Positions 54,924 through 64,000 of a stretch of 64,000 nucleotides of DNA are shown piece after piece. The position numbers were made by a program, and so were the translations under genes. Within the stretch, counting starts at the first letter, position 1; the number at the start of each line of letters is the position of its first letter. This DNA is from Candidatus Forterrea multitransposorum CG_2015-17_Forterrea_25_41. Lineage in GTDB: Archaea; Iainarchaeota; Iainarchaeia; Iainarchaeales; CSSED10-239. The notes under the pieces were generated by a model. It saw only the letters and a program-made list of their open reading frames with translations. It was not told where the DNA came from and searched no databases. Location of the stretch: positions 256,001-320,000 of the forward strand of contig CP045477.1 in assembly GCA_009392915.1 (NCBI GenBank), given 5' to 3'.

Positions 54924-55613
54924 TTACTTCTTTTTAACTTCTTTTCTTTTTGTAATATAGGTTTCCATAAGTTTACTTGAATAATTCTTTACAGATCCAC
55001 TTAAACCTATACCAATTGCAATTGCGAAAGCTAAAACTACTCCACCTAATATTATTAGAAGTATAGCTTCAATAAATTGTATTTGTACACCTATTTGTCT
55101 TAAAGCAATATTTAAAATTAATATTATGATGATTGCTTGAACAATTTCTGATATTATTTTTGAAAATTTGTGATCTTTTGAAACATGTATACTTCTTGCA
55201 ACAATTTCTGAAAGAACAAGTCCTACAATTGTTAATATTATTGCAAATATTAAATGTGGTATCCACATTGCAAATTTTGTTAATAAATCAGTTAAAACAT
55301 TTATTTTTATTAAACTTGCAGCTGGAGCTAAGAATACTATGAATATACCCCATAAAATTAATTGTTTAATAATTTTTGAAAGTTTAATATGTAATAATAC
55401 GTTTGAAAAATCATTTTTTTTTACCCAATTATCAATTTTCCATTTAGTGATAATTTTGTAAACTATGTGAGCAACTAAAAGACCTATTAGATAACCTATA
55501 ATTATTACAACCAATGCTCCAATAATTCCAGGAATATTTTGAACAATAGATTGCCAAATTGCTTCTAATGGGTTTAATGTAGCTTGCCCAACTTCAACTA
55601 GTGTGCTAACCAT
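54924..55613 (-). CDS. Hypothetical polytopic membrane protein (229 aa)
   Basis: Five to six hydrophobic segments and a basic C-terminus KRKEVKKK. No motif recognised. Confidence 0.55.
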   Translation of the reverse strand: MVSTLVEVGQATLNPLEAIWQSIVQNIPGIIGALVVIIIGYLIGLLVAHIVYKIITKWKIDNWVKKNDFSNVLLHIKLSKIIKQLILWGIFIVFLAPAASLIKINVLTDLLTKFAMWIPHLIFAIILTIVGLVLSEIVARSIHVSKDHKFSKIISEIVQAIIIILILNIALRQIGVQIQFIEAILLIILGGVVLAFAIAIGIGLSGSVKNYSSKLMETYITKRKEVKKK

Positions 55614-55731
55614 TTTTTAAAACCTCCTTGTAAGTTTAAAAATAATACATATATATTTAAAGAATATGTTTAAAAATACATTTATTTACTATATTTTTTA
55701 AATATTAACATTATTTTTATTTTGATTAGCT

Positions 55732-56727
55732 ATGAAAAAAGAAAATAAAACAATTATTTCTATTAAAGGTTTAAAAAAAACATTTAAAACAAAAGTTACA
55801 AAACCTGGCATGAGTGGTATTTTTAGAAATATATTTTCTCCAGATTATAAATATATAAAAGCTGTTGATAATATTTCTTTAGATATTAAAAAAGGAGAGC
55901 TTGTTTCTTTTATTGGTCCAAATGGTGCTGGTAAATCAACTACTTTAAAGATGCTTTCAGGTATTCTTTTTCCTGATTCTGGAAAAATAAAGATTCTAGG
56001 TAAAGATCCTTCAAAAAAAAGAAAAGAACTTTCTTATGATATTGGAACTATTTTTGGACAGAAACCACAGTTATGGTTTCATCTTCCACCAATAGATAGT
56101 TTTAATTTATTTGCAAAAATTTACGATATTGATCAAACAATCTATAAAGAAAGACTTGATAATTTAATAAATCTTTTTGAAATATCTGATATTATTAATC
56201 AACCTGTAAGAAAATTATCTCTAGGTCAAAGAATGAGGTGTGAGTTTGTTTTAGCTTTACTTCATAATCCAAAAATATTATTTCTAGATGAACCAACTAT
56301 AGGTATGGATATTATTGTTAAAAAAACAATGAGAGAATTGATTAAAAAGATTAATGAAAAGGAAAAAACAACAATTATTTTAACAAGTCATGATATAGGA
56401 GATATTGAAAATATATCAACAAGGCTTGTTATCATTAATCATGGTGAGATTGTTTATGATGGGGATTTTAAAAATATTAAACAAAAATATCTTTCAAAAA
56501 AGTTATTAAAGATTACAACTGAAGATAAGATTGATGAAAAAGATTTTAAAGATTTAACTGTTATAAAAAAATCAAAGTACTATATTGAGTTTGAAATTGA
56601 AACACATAAATTTCCTTTAAAGAAAGTAATTGATTTTTTGTTTACTAAATATAAGATAACAGATATTGGCATAAATGAAATGCCTATTGAAGATGTTATT
56701 GAAGAGATTTATAGAGATCAAAGATGA
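55732..56727 (+). CDS. ABC transporter ATP-binding protein (COG4586-like)
   Basis: Walker A GPNGAGKSTT, signature LSLGQRMR, Walker B LFLDEPTIGMD, H-loop TSHD. Confidence 0.9.
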   Translation: MKKENKTIISIKGLKKTFKTKVTKPGMSGIFRNIFSPDYKYIKAVDNISLDIKKGELVSFIGPNGAGKSTTLKMLSGILFPDSGKIKILGKDPSKKRKELSYDIGTIFGQKPQLWFHLPPIDSFNLFAKIYDIDQTIYKERLDNLINLFEISDIINQPVRKLSLGQRMRCEFVLALLHNPKILFLDEPTIGMDIIVKKTMRELIKKINEKEKTTIILTSHDIGDIENISTRLVIINHGEIVYDGDFKNIKQKYLSKKLLKITTEDKIDEKDFKDLTVIKKSKYYIEFEIETHKFPLKKVIDFLFTKYKITDIGINEMPIEDVIEEIYRDQR

Positions 56728-57524
56728 GCTCACAGTTAAATAAATATTTGTCTATTTCTTTTATTAATATAAAAGAAAGTTTGACATATATCTGGGACAT
56801 AATATTTGGAAAAGTTATATTTATAGCTTTAATTATTTTTGTTTTTGCAAACCTTTGGACAGTTGTTTTTGCATCAAAAGGAGAAGTTATACCTGGTTTT
56901 ACTCTTGCAATGATGGTCTGGTATTTAGTTTTTGGTGAAGCCATAATTACTTCTATTGGAAGATTTGTAAAAGAGGTTGGAGATGATATTAAGAGCGGAG
57001 AGATTGCAAATTATTTAACAAAGCCATACAACTATATAGTTTACAAAATGTTTGTCTCTTTTGGAAAAGGTTTAATTAATTTTACTTTAATACTTATCTT
57101 TGGTGGACTTGTTGCTTATCTTATGGTTGGTGGTGTTGAAATATCTTTAATCTCAATACCTTTTCTATTAATTGTAGCTTTACTTGCAATGCTGCTTAAT
57201 TTAGTAATTGCATCTGTTATAAGTCTTTTTGCTTTCTGGATAGAGGATGCAAGTTCTCTAAATTATATTTATTCAAAGTTTACTTTTATTTTTGGTGGAA
57301 TGATTGTTCCTTTAGAGGTATATCCTCCTTTAGTTGAAAAAATAGCATCATTCTTACCTTTTAGTTATTCTGCATACCATCCTTCAAAATTAGCTTTAAT
57401 TTTTAGTTTTGAATCTTTTTTTAAAGTTTTTCTTGTTCAAATAGCATGGATAAGTTTTTTTATAATAATTTTAATTTTCTTTTATAAATATATAATTAAA
57501 AAAGTGAGTGTTAATGGCGGTTAG
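56724..57524 (+). CDS. ABC-2-type permease (six TM)
   Basis: ATGA start/stop overlap with the ATPase gene. Polytopic hydrophobic profile, ABC2_membrane_6-like. Confidence 0.7.
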   Translation: MSSQLNKYLSISFINIKESLTYIWDIIFGKVIFIALIIFVFANLWTVVFASKGEVIPGFTLAMMVWYLVFGEAIITSIGRFVKEVGDDIKSGEIANYLTKPYNYIVYKMFVSFGKGLINFTLILIFGGLVAYLMVGGVEISLISIPFLLIVALLAMLLNLVIASVISLFAFWIEDASSLNYIYSKFTFIFGGMIVPLEVYPPLVEKIASFLPFSYSAYHPSKLALIFSFESFFKVFLVQIAWISFFIIILIFFYKYIIKKVSVNGG

Positions 57525-58308
57525 AGAAATTATTTCAAATTTTAAATTATTTATAGAGTATCAAAAGATTTTCTTAAAGTCAGCCATAGAATACAGGGCT
57601 AATTTTTTACTGTCCACTTTTTTCATGTTTTTAAATGATGTTATTTGGTTATTTTTTTGGTATCTTTTATATTATAAATTAGGAGATATTAATGGATGGG
57701 TCTTTCAAGATTTAATATACATTTATGTTTTTGCAACAATTTCTTTTGGTATTGCAGGTTATTTCTTTGGAAATCATAAAGAAATTGCAGAGCTTGTTGT
57801 TAAAGGAAAATTAGATTTTTATTTAACACTTCCAAAGAAAGATTTAACACATATACTAATATCTAAGAATAGTTGGTTTGATTTAGGAGATCTTTTATTT
57901 GGAATTTTATTACTTATATTTATGGTTTCAGTTACAAAGGTTCCTTTAATATTATTAATGATAATTCCTGGTGTATTAATATTAATTGGTTTTGGTATAC
58001 TTGTAGGTAGTTTATCTTTTTATCTTCAGTCATCAGAGAGCTTTGGTTCAACTCTTTATGAATCACTTATATCTATATCTCTTTACCCTGGTTCAATCTT
58101 TACAGGAGCTACAAAGTTTATAACATTATTTATTCTTCCAGCAGGTTTTATAACAGCTGTTCCTGTTCAGTTACTACATTCTTTTGATTTAACTTGGTTT
58201 ATTTTACTTTTCTTATTCTCAATAGCTTTATTTTTACTTGCTATCTATGTTTTTTATAAGGGATTAAAGAGATATGAGAGTGGAAATCTTCTTTATGTAA
58301 GAATGTAA
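57514..58308 (+). CDS. ABC-2-type permease, second subunit
   Basis: The ORF track starts at GTG 57508; ATG 57514 is likelier. Overlaps the upstream permease by 11 nt. Polytopic. Confidence 0.7.
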   Translation: MAVREIISNFKLFIEYQKIFLKSAIEYRANFLLSTFFMFLNDVIWLFFWYLLYYKLGDINGWVFQDLIYIYVFATISFGIAGYFFGNHKEIAELVVKGKLDFYLTLPKKDLTHILISKNSWFDLGDLLFGILLLIFMVSVTKVPLILLMIIPGVLILIGFGILVGSLSFYLQSSESFGSTLYESLISISLYPGSIFTGATKFITLFILPAGFITAVPVQLLHSFDLTWFILLFLFSIALFLLAIYVFYKGLKRYESGNLLYVRM

Positions 58309-58354
58309 TTTAACTTTTTTAATAATTTTTTAACCTGTGAGATATATCTAACAT

Positions 58355-58380
58355 ATTTAAAAACATTTTGGTGTTATATA
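58355..58380 (+). promoter_or_regulatory. TATA-like element TATTTAAAAACATTTTGGTGTTATAT
   Basis: Shares TATTTAAAAA-N2/3-TTTGGT.TTAT with 20437-20460. It lies ~47-56 nt upstream of ATG 58411, which has a GGAGG SD. Confidence 0.45.
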
Positions 58381-58410
58381 TATCTAACAAGTACAATTGG
58401 AGGAAAAATT

Positions 58411-58809
58411 ATGATAAATAAAAATTATTCAAAAAAATTTAAAATTTCTTTAATATTTGGTGTTATTATTTTATTATTAGGTATTCTTTTAACTGCTTTA
58501 AATGTATTAACTGAAAGTTTTTCAAGTGTTTTAATATCTGTAGGTTTAGTTTTAATAATAGTTAGTTATGTTAGAATGATTAAATATAAAGATGGTCCTG
58601 CAAAAGATGAACTTACAAGGAAAATTGCAGATAGGGCGGCAGCATATAGTTGGTTTTATACTTTAATTGTTCTTTTTATTATTTTTTGGATAGATTATTT
58701 TAAATTAATAGTTTTAACAGTAGAGGGTGTTATTAGTATATTATATATTGTAATGATCTTTACAATGATATTCTATCAACAATGGTTCTGGAAAAAAGGT
58801 GATGTATAG
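58411..58809 (+). CDS. Small four-TM membrane protein, partner of the downstream XRE regulator
   Basis: GGAGG RBS. Hydrophobic profile. The stop abuts the regulator's start. Confidence 0.6.
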   Translation: MINKNYSKKFKISLIFGVIILLLGILLTALNVLTESFSSVLISVGLVLIIVSYVRMIKYKDGPAKDELTRKIADRAAAYSWFYTLIVLFIIFWIDYFKLIVLTVEGVISILYIVMIFTMIFYQQWFWKKGDV

Positions 58810-59019
58810 TTGAAAACAATAATTAAAGCACTAAGACAAAAATATAATTTAACACAAGAAGACCTTGCTTTAAAGGTAGGGGTTAGAAGAGAAACAATTG
58901 TCTTTATTGAGAAAGGATCTTACAATCCTTCTTTAAAACTTGCAAAAAAGATCTCCTTAGTTTTAAAAGAAAAAATAGATAATATCTTTATATTTAGTAA
59001 AGGAGATTTAGATTTTTAA
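58810..59019 (+). CDS. XRE-family helix-turn-helix transcriptional regulator (69 aa, YozG-like)
   Basis: [45 protein letters not shown] is a classic Cro/C1 HTH. TTG start 6 nt after GGTGATG. Confidence 0.85.
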   Translation: MKTIIKALRQKYNLTQEDLALKVGVRRETIVFIEKGSYNPSLKLAKKISLVLKEKIDNIFIFSKGDLDF

Positions 59020-60033
59020 TATCTTTCTAAAACTTTCTATTTTTTTATCAATATATCCTTTATCATAAAGATATTTATAATTTTTTAAAATATCTTTAAT
59101 TATTTTCTTTCTATCATATAAATTATATTTAGTTTCTTCAAAGATTAAATGTAAATAATATTCAGAACTTGTAACAAGCCAAAAATATACTTGTAAATCT
59201 TTAAAAAAGAAATATTTTTTAGAAACATTTTTTATTTTTTTAAAATTTTTTATATATTCTTTAAGAAATAATTTTTCAAATGTTTTAAATTTATTAGAGT
59301 GAGATAATTTTGCAATATCAAGTATAGGATTACCTACTTTCAAATATTCCCAATCAATAAAATTTATTTTTTTATTATTTTCAATAATATTTTTTGAATT
59401 TAAATCTCCATGTGTTAAATAATTATCTTTATTTATATCATTTGGTTTATTTACTTCAATATTTTTTCTTATTCTTTTATACATTTTTGAAACATCTAAA
59501 CATCTATGACTAATATACGTCTCTTTAATTTTAAATTCTGATATAAGTTTATTATAATTTTGTTTATCAATATTTATTTTTTCTAAAAATGATAATTTTG
59601 TATTATTTGATTTTGCTAATTTTTTAGCAATAATTGAAATATTTTTTTTATTTAAAACTATATTTTTTCCTTTAACGTATGTAATTATTATATATGAATA
59701 AGAACAAAATCTACCTTTTTTTGAAAAATAGATTTTTTTTGTATCTGATAAATTATATTTTTCAACAATTTTTAGTTTATTATACTCTTTTTTTGATTTT
59801 TTATAAGAATCATTATTTAATCCTTTGATATTTATTCTAAAAATATATTCTTTTTTATTTATTTTAAAATAAATGTTTATATTTTTTCTATTAATTTTAA
59901 GAAATTTAATATTTTTCACTTGTATTTTTTCATTAATACCAAATATATCTGAAGATAAATTTTCAATTTCTTTTTTAACATCGACAAGCTTTATTTCCAT
60001 AATTATTTTATAATTAATTAAGTTTTTAAACAT
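59008..60033 (-). CDS. Aminoglycoside/choline-kinase-like phosphotransferase (APH family)
   Basis: Catalytic loop [12 protein letters not shown] and metal-binding FIDWEY. Confidence 0.75.
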   Translation of the reverse strand: MFKNLINYKIIMEIKLVDVKKEIENLSSDIFGINEKIQVKNIKFLKINRKNINIYFKINKKEYIFRINIKGLNNDSYKKSKKEYNKLKIVEKYNLSDTKKIYFSKKGRFCSYSYIIITYVKGKNIVLNKKNISIIAKKLAKSNNTKLSFLEKINIDKQNYNKLISEFKIKETYISHRCLDVSKMYKRIRKNIEVNKPNDINKDNYLTHGDLNSKNIIENNKKINFIDWEYLKVGNPILDIAKLSHSNKFKTFEKLFLKEYIKNFKKIKNVSKKYFFFKDLQVYFWLVTSSEYYLHLIFEETKYNLYDRKKIIKDILKNYKYLYDKGYIDKKIESFRKILKI

Positions 60034-60123
60034 AATTATTTAATATTTATATTAAATAATTTATTTAAAATAAGAAAAGAGTTTATATAAGTATCTATCT
60101 TATATATTAATTATTAAAATACA

Positions 60124-61521
60124 ATGAAGGTCTTTTTAATGAATGAAATTGAATTTGATTATGAAAATAAAGAATTTAATGAAATAATTTATAAAATAAT
60201 GTTACATACTATAGAAATATCTGATTTTGATAATTATTTTACTAAAGGTCTTACAAATGAAGATAAAGAAAAAGTATTGACTGAAATAAAAAATTTAGAT
60301 TTTAGTATTATAGCAATTAATGAAGTTATTGTAGAAACTAAAAACTTTTTTAAAAAATATTTAGAATCAGATTTTACAGAATATTTAATTGATTATTTGA
60401 TAGGTTATAAAGAATTAGCACCGATCATGAAAAGTGATGATTATGAAGAAATAATGGTTAATGATTATAATAAAGTATTTGTAATTTCAAGAAAAAATAT
60501 ATATTATAAAACAAATATCGTTTTTGATAGAAGAAGTTTTAATGTTTTTTTAGAATATATTAAAAAAACAATTAATGGTGACTTTAATAAAAGAAAATTT
60601 ATTGATGGTGTACTACCTGATAACTCAAGAATAAATATTGTTTCTAAAGAGATTGCAAGATTTAATGTTATAACTATTAGAAAATTTTTAAGTAAACCAT
60701 TAACAATAGTTGATTTAATTAATAATAATACTTTTAATTATGAAGTTGCAGCTTATTTATGGACTGTAATTGAAGGATTTAATTTAAAACCAGCAAATCT
60801 TTTTATTTGTGGTGGAACAAGTACAGGTAAGACAACTCTTTTAAATATTTTACTTAACTTTGTACATCCAAAAGAAAGAGTTATTTGTGTTGAAGATACT
60901 AAAGAAATAAATACAACTATCTTTGATAATTCTGTAAGTCTTATTAGTGATATTTCTGATCCAGATAGTCTTTATAATATTACTTTAAACATATTAAGAA
61001 TGAGACCAGATAGAATAGTTATTGGTGAAACTAGAGGTAAAGAAGCTAAAGCTTTATTTATGGCAATGGATACAGGGCACCAAGGTTGTATATCTACAAT
61101 TCATGCAAATAATAGTGGAGATTTAATTAATAAATTATTATCTGAACCAATGAATATAGAAGAAAGTTACATTAAATTATTAGACATAATAATTACTTTT
61201 GATAAAAAATATATTGGTAATAAAATGTATAGATATGTTTCTCAAATTTCAGAAATTAGTAGACTTGGAAATATTACATTAAATCACATTTATTCCAATG
61301 ATAATATGGAATTTAGTTCTTCAGTTAATTTTATGAGTTCTCAATTTTTAGAAAAATTATGTAATTATATAAGTATTTCAAAAATAGAACTTCAAATTGT
61401 AATTGATAATAGAATTAAAATACTTAAAAGTATGGTTGATAGAAATATTAAAGATTCTGAAGAAATTAGAAATTTACTTATTGATCCAAGATTTGGTTAT
61501 AAAGAATTATTAAATAAATAA
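60124..61521 (+). CDS. Type II/IV secretion-system family ATPase (FlaI/VirB11/CpaF-like)
   Basis: Walker A CGGTSTGKTTLLN, Asp box VEDTKE, Walker B RPDRIVIGETRG, His box GHQGCISTIHAN. Confidence 0.88.
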   Translation: MKVFLMNEIEFDYENKEFNEIIYKIMLHTIEISDFDNYFTKGLTNEDKEKVLTEIKNLDFSIIAINEVIVETKNFFKKYLESDFTEYLIDYLIGYKELAPIMKSDDYEEIMVNDYNKVFVISRKNIYYKTNIVFDRRSFNVFLEYIKKTINGDFNKRKFIDGVLPDNSRINIVSKEIARFNVITIRKFLSKPLTIVDLINNNTFNYEVAAYLWTVIEGFNLKPANLFICGGTSTGKTTLLNILLNFVHPKERVICVEDTKEINTTIFDNSVSLISDISDPDSLYNITLNILRMRPDRIVIGETRGKEAKALFMAMDTGHQGCISTIHANNSGDLINKLLSEPMNIEESYIKLLDIIITFDKKYIGNKMYRYVSQISEISRLGNITLNHIYSNDNMEFSSSVNFMSSQFLEKLCNYISISKIELQIVIDNRIKILKSMVDRNIKDSEEIRNLLIDPRFGYKELLNK

Positions 61522-61559
61522 AAAAGAAAGGTTTATAAATAAATTGAATAACAATATAA

Positions 61560-61850
61560 ATGATTATTATGGATATTACAATGATTTATGCTTTATTTAT
61601 AATAGCTTATGCAGTTTTAATATTTTTAGGTTCTACATATCTTGAAGAATCTAATTTATTAAGAAATAAAGGTAAAAGAAAGAAAGTTGATCAAGCAAAG
61701 AAATGGTTTAGTTTTTTTATATTTAGTTTCTTATATGCTGTATTAATATATGCAAGTTTTTATGTGCATTATTTAATAGTAATTTCTCTTCTTTTATATG
61801 CTACCTTATTATTTTTCATAGCGTATTCTATTAGAAGACACTTAAAATAA
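61560..61850 (+). CDS. Small three-TM membrane protein (96 aa)
   Basis: Hydrophobic profile, immediately downstream of the secretion ATPase. Far too short to be a FlaJ/TadC platform protein. Confidence 0.5.
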   Translation: MIIMDITMIYALFIIAYAVLIFLGSTYLEESNLLRNKGKRKKVDQAKKWFSFFIFSFLYAVLIYASFYVHYLIVISLLLYATLLFFIAYSIRRHLK

Positions 61851-61870
61851 ATGTTTTATTTTTAGGACAT

Positions 61871-62455
61871 TTATTTTATAATTTTTCTTTTTTTTGTATA
61901 ACTATATTTATTATTTTTTTTAATTATTTCAAATAAGTATATAAAATTATTATTAAAACTAGAAATATCTTTATTATATTCTTTATTAGTAATGTATGAT
62001 ATTATTGCTCTTCCTATACCATTGTGACAAGTAATTAATATTGTTTTTTCTTTATAATTTTTATATAAATAGTCTATAAAATTTTTAGCTCTTTTTAAAA
62101 ATTTTTTATTTTTTTCTCCTTCTTTATTTTCATATATAACAAAATAATAACTTTTTAGTGACCAATTAAATTCTTTTTTAGTTTTTCCTGTAAGTTCTCC
62201 TAAATCTTTTTCTCTTAATTTTTCTGTGTAAATTAAAGGTTTAGATTTATGATATTTGTATATTTCTTTAATAGTGTCTTTGGCTCTTTTAAGATCACTT
62301 GAAAAGAAAAAGTCTATTTTTTCATTTTTTAAAGTAATTGCTATTTTTTTTGCTTGTTCTATACCTTTTTTTGTAAGTTTACCTGGTAGATGTCCTTGCA
62401 TTATACCTTTTGTGTTTTCTATTGTTTCTCCATGTCTTGTTATTATTAGTTTCAT
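61871..62455 (-). CDS. Histidine phosphatase (phosphoglycerate mutase family)
   Basis: N-terminal LIITRHGET..N, SSDLKRAKDT, and a late CHNG His motif. Confidence 0.8.
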   Translation of the reverse strand: MKLIITRHGETIENTKGIMQGHLPGKLTKKGIEQAKKIAITLKNEKIDFFFSSDLKRAKDTIKEIYKYHKSKPLIYTEKLREKDLGELTGKTKKEFNWSLKSYYFVIYENKEGEKNKKFLKRAKNFIDYLYKNYKEKTILITCHNGIGRAIISYITNKEYNKDISSFNNNFIYLFEIIKKNNKYSYTKKRKIIK

Positions 62456-62564
62456 ATATTTTTCACATTTTTAAATATTTATAATGTAGACTATATTAAA
62501 AATAGTCTTTTTAATTAGTATAATTTTTTTGTAGTAATTTCTTTTTCTTAAGTATACTATAATT

Positions 62565-63479
62565 TTATTTTATATTTTTAAAATAGATATACTCATTTTC
62601 TATATTTAGATCAAATACTTTTATGAAAAAATTTTTTGCATTAAATTCATTTTTATCATCAAAATTATCTTTATTACCTATAGTATTAAACATTTTTTGA
62701 AAAGCTTCTTTATATGAAATATTTTCTTTTTCAGAAATTTTTTTTAATAAATAATCCATAAATTTACCTGCTGATTGATAATATCTATTTTTAGTTATAT
62801 TACGCTTGTCATAGTCAAAAACATTAATTCTTTCTAAAAATAATTCTTTTGCTGTAATTAATTCTTCATTGAAATCTTTTGAGATTTGATTTGCACATAT
62901 TACTGTTAATCCTTCATTAAATAATAATGGTAATGAATTTAATTTCCCATTTTTTTTTAAATTATATTTGTGAAAAAATATGTGTAACAATTCATGAGCA
63001 TCTCCTAGTATTGATTCTTTAGAATGTACATTTCTTTTTGCATTATCTAAAAGAAATGTTTGAAGATAAATTAAAGTTGTACTAGATACTCTTCCTTTTG
63101 CATTTGATGGTAAATTCATTTTTGTAGTGCGTCCAATTGAACAAAATTCATCAAAGTCTTTAGCCAAAAATATATTAATTGAATAGCATTCTGAATAGAA
63201 TATTTTTTCTGGAGAATAAAAAAATGAAATTAGATGGTCTTTTGCTTTTAAAAATCTTTCTTTAACATATATAAATACATTAGCCTTTTTATAAGTTCCT
63301 TTTAAAATCTCATCTAAATTTTTTTGGAATTCATTAATTAAAGAAGTATAATAAAAATTAAAAGGAATTTCTCCATCTATATTTACTTTGAAAATAGATT
63401 TTTCTTTTGAAATTACAAAATTTTTACATAAATTTTCTTTTTCTTTATCTTTAACTTCATAAAATTTTATTTTAAGCAT
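62565..63479 (-). CDS. Putative zinc metallopeptidase (HExxH...NEG, peptidase-MA-like)
   Basis: GDAHELLHIFFH followed 22 residues later by FNEGLTV, a gluzincin-like third ligand context. Confidence 0.45.
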   Translation of the reverse strand: MLKIKFYEVKDKEKENLCKNFVISKEKSIFKVNIDGEIPFNFYYTSLINEFQKNLDEILKGTYKKANVFIYVKERFLKAKDHLISFFYSPEKIFYSECYSINIFLAKDFDEFCSIGRTTKMNLPSNAKGRVSSTTLIYLQTFLLDNAKRNVHSKESILGDAHELLHIFFHKYNLKKNGKLNSLPLLFNEGLTVICANQISKDFNEELITAKELFLERINVFDYDKRNITKNRYYQSAGKFMDYLLKKISEKENISYKEAFQKMFNTIGNKDNFDDKNEFNAKNFFIKVFDLNIENEYIYFKNIK

Positions 63480-63968
63480 GGTATTCTATTTTAGTATTTT
63501 TTAATTATTTTTAATTATAAATATAATCACATATAATATATTTAAAGCTTTTGATTTAATTTTTATTGATATATTTTTCTCGGCCAGGTAGCCTCTCCTT
63601 GAAAACAGATATATTTTTGTCTTTACACTATATTATTATAATTTATAAAAGGAGGTAATAGATGGTTGTGATAAAATGAACTTTAAACTACATAATATTT
63701 TAGATTATTTGTTTCGGCAAATTTAATATAGATAAAAAGTAAGTAAGTTATGTATAGTTTATAAGATATTAAAAATTAAAAAATTGTTATGTCTTTGGGA
63801 AGTAAATTATTTTATAAAAAATTATTTTTGTGAGAGATGATGATAAGAAATACTTTTTTACAATTATTATTTTTTATAATCTAATTTACTATACATAACA
63901 ATATAATTTTAAAAAATATTTTTTTCTAGAAAGTGTCAAAAAATTAAATTTTCAGCTTCATTCTTCGG

Positions 63969-63992
63969 TCGGCATAATATCTCTTATGCCGA
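63969..63992. other. Perfect 9-bp, relatively GC-rich hairpin (tcggcataa-tatctc-ttatgccga) at the window edge
   Basis: Seen directly. It lies in a >500-nt noncoding tract and could belong to a structured RNA or processing stem that continues beyond the window. Confidence 0.4.
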
Positions 63993-64000
63993 AAAATAGC

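Noticed and set aside
63662-63679. 5-codon ORF (MVVIK) after a strong GGAGGT SD, considered as a leader peptide
   Set aside because: There is no downstream gene within the window for it to regulate, and it is too short to evaluate. It is kept only as a descriptive detail of the terminal noncoding tract.
63837-63843. C-box-like ATGATGA suggesting a C/D box sRNA
   Set aside because: No D box (CTGA) or terminal stem lies within the expected ~50-70 nt downstream.
1-64000. Mobile elements, prophage, CRISPR-Cas, a diversity-generating retroelement targeting the giant proteins, or recognisable defence systems
   Set aside because: I could find no transposase, integrase, reverse transcriptase or Cas motifs, no repeat-spacer array, and no template/variable repeat pair by eye. 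Absence by eye is not proof, and DGR components could lie outside the window.

Overview
This is a strongly AT-rich archaeal chromosome segment. The archaeal assignment rests on split rpoB''/rpoB', rpoA'/rpoA'', rpoH, L30e, uS12, uS7, aEF-2 with the diphthamide-site HRG motif, archaeal-type DtdA, an ATP-dependent DNA ligase and GGTGA/GGAGG-type ribosome-binding sites. The many short, Lys-rich orphan proteins and split genes fit a small-genome (DPANN-like) lineage, but that is inference.

The window has two parts. (1) nt 1-20306 is a tightly packed, same-strand cluster. It holds three paralogous giant membrane-anchored surface proteins: a 5'-truncated one with at least 943 codons, one of 2466 aa and one of 2147 aa. 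It also holds a Cys-capped Gly-rich solenoid-like secreted protein of about 805 aa, one small secreted protein and two small polytopic membrane proteins. The three giants share a C-terminal module with invariant motifs (C..TG..TGE.A.P.i.L.W; (Y/F)CD(A/S)TQ; MPFNG..G....R.GYG; for two of them also WTGVG..CDF.G and LRTVFY.P). I cannot assign this module to any family I know. This is my best candidate for an undescribed system.

(2) nt 20315-63479 is mostly housekeeping:
- tRNA-Arg(GCG), tRNA-His(GUG) and tRNA-Pro(UGG);
- a bacterial-type HU protein;
- hisS, alaS, proS and lig;
- the RNAP/ribosomal super-operon rpoH-B''-B'-A'-A''-rpl30e-(orphan)-rps12-rps7, followed after two inserted genes by aEF-2.

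Interspersed are accessory genes:
- an EgtD-like methyltransferase;
- a membrane-anchored 2xHKD phospholipase-D-family protein;
- a KaiC-like ATPase;
- a KKAPAKKVVA-repeat basic protein;
- a degenerate DXR-like protein;
- a split RND/MMPL exporter with a CARDB-like surface protein;
- a 108-aa K+ channel;
- an ABC-2 transporter;
- an XRE regulator with a membrane partner;
- an APH-like kinase;
- a FlaI/VirB11-type ATPase with no adjacent platform protein;
- an HExxH protein.

The last ~520 nt are noncoding, with inverted repeats and a GC-rich hairpin. I saw no CRISPR array, transposase or integrase. All functional calls come from reading motifs by eye; no database search was possible.
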